Virus record (IMG/VR): IMGVR_UViG_3300017747_004151
Span: 1 to 42,717 of that record
Length of the DNA stretch: 42,717 nucleotides
Origin: a virus
Lineage: Duplodnaviria > Caudoviricetes
Direction: 5' to 3' (one strand)
Of the stretch, positions 42,644 through 42,717 are shown piece by piece. The position numbers and the translations under genes were made by a program. The notes beneath the pieces were generated by a model. It had not been told where the DNA came from. It did not search any database and saw only the letters and a program-made list of their open reading frames with translations. How positions within the stretch are numbered: the first letter of the stretch is position 1; every line of letters starts with the position of its first letter.

Positions 42644-42706
42644 CGGCGACCCCCCTTATGGTTTCGACCCCCCCCTAAGCTTATAGCGCGACCGCGAATT
42701 AAAGGC

Positions 42707-42716
42707 TGGGGCGACG
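42707..42716. repeat. 10-bp terminal direct repeat TGGGGCGACG, right copy; candidate cos
   Basis: Identical to 6-15. Confidence 0.55.
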
Positions 42717-42717
42717 C

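Noticed and set aside
1-42717. Frequent CTCGAG/TCGA/GATC words as a signal
   Set aside because: Plausibly explained by codon preference (CTC-GAG, ATC, GAT) in a high-GC genome; cannot be assessed without a codon-aware count.

Overview
The window looks like a complete, high-GC, HK97-class siphophage genome running from cohesive end to cohesive end, with the late genes on the minus strand. The late arm, read from the right end, is: ParB-MTase, TerS, TerL, portal, three extra virion genes, prohead protease, major capsid, a ~9.3 kb glycosyltransferase/tailoring-enzyme cluster, neck, tail tube, G/GT chaperones, tape measure, a GTA-like tail tip (DUF2460, DUF2163, NlpC/P60, large tail protein, DUF2793) and an alpha/beta-hydrolase. 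The left ~11.5 kb holds HNH, RusA, a signal-peptide Fn3 protein, an inverted lysis cassette, many small early ORFs, one XRE regulator, a Dam-like MTase and repeated promoter/operator cassettes. The best candidate for a new system is virion-wide protein glycosylation: the tripeptide G-S-P occurs 13 times in 10 virion proteins, often in apparent loop insertions, but only once in the non-structural proteins. This coincides with a co-transcribed GT cluster whose first, Maf-like enzyme appears to be reached by a -1 frameshift. I also found no replication or integration gene, and there is a structured ~430-nt non-coding region. All family calls are motif recognition by eye; no searches were run.
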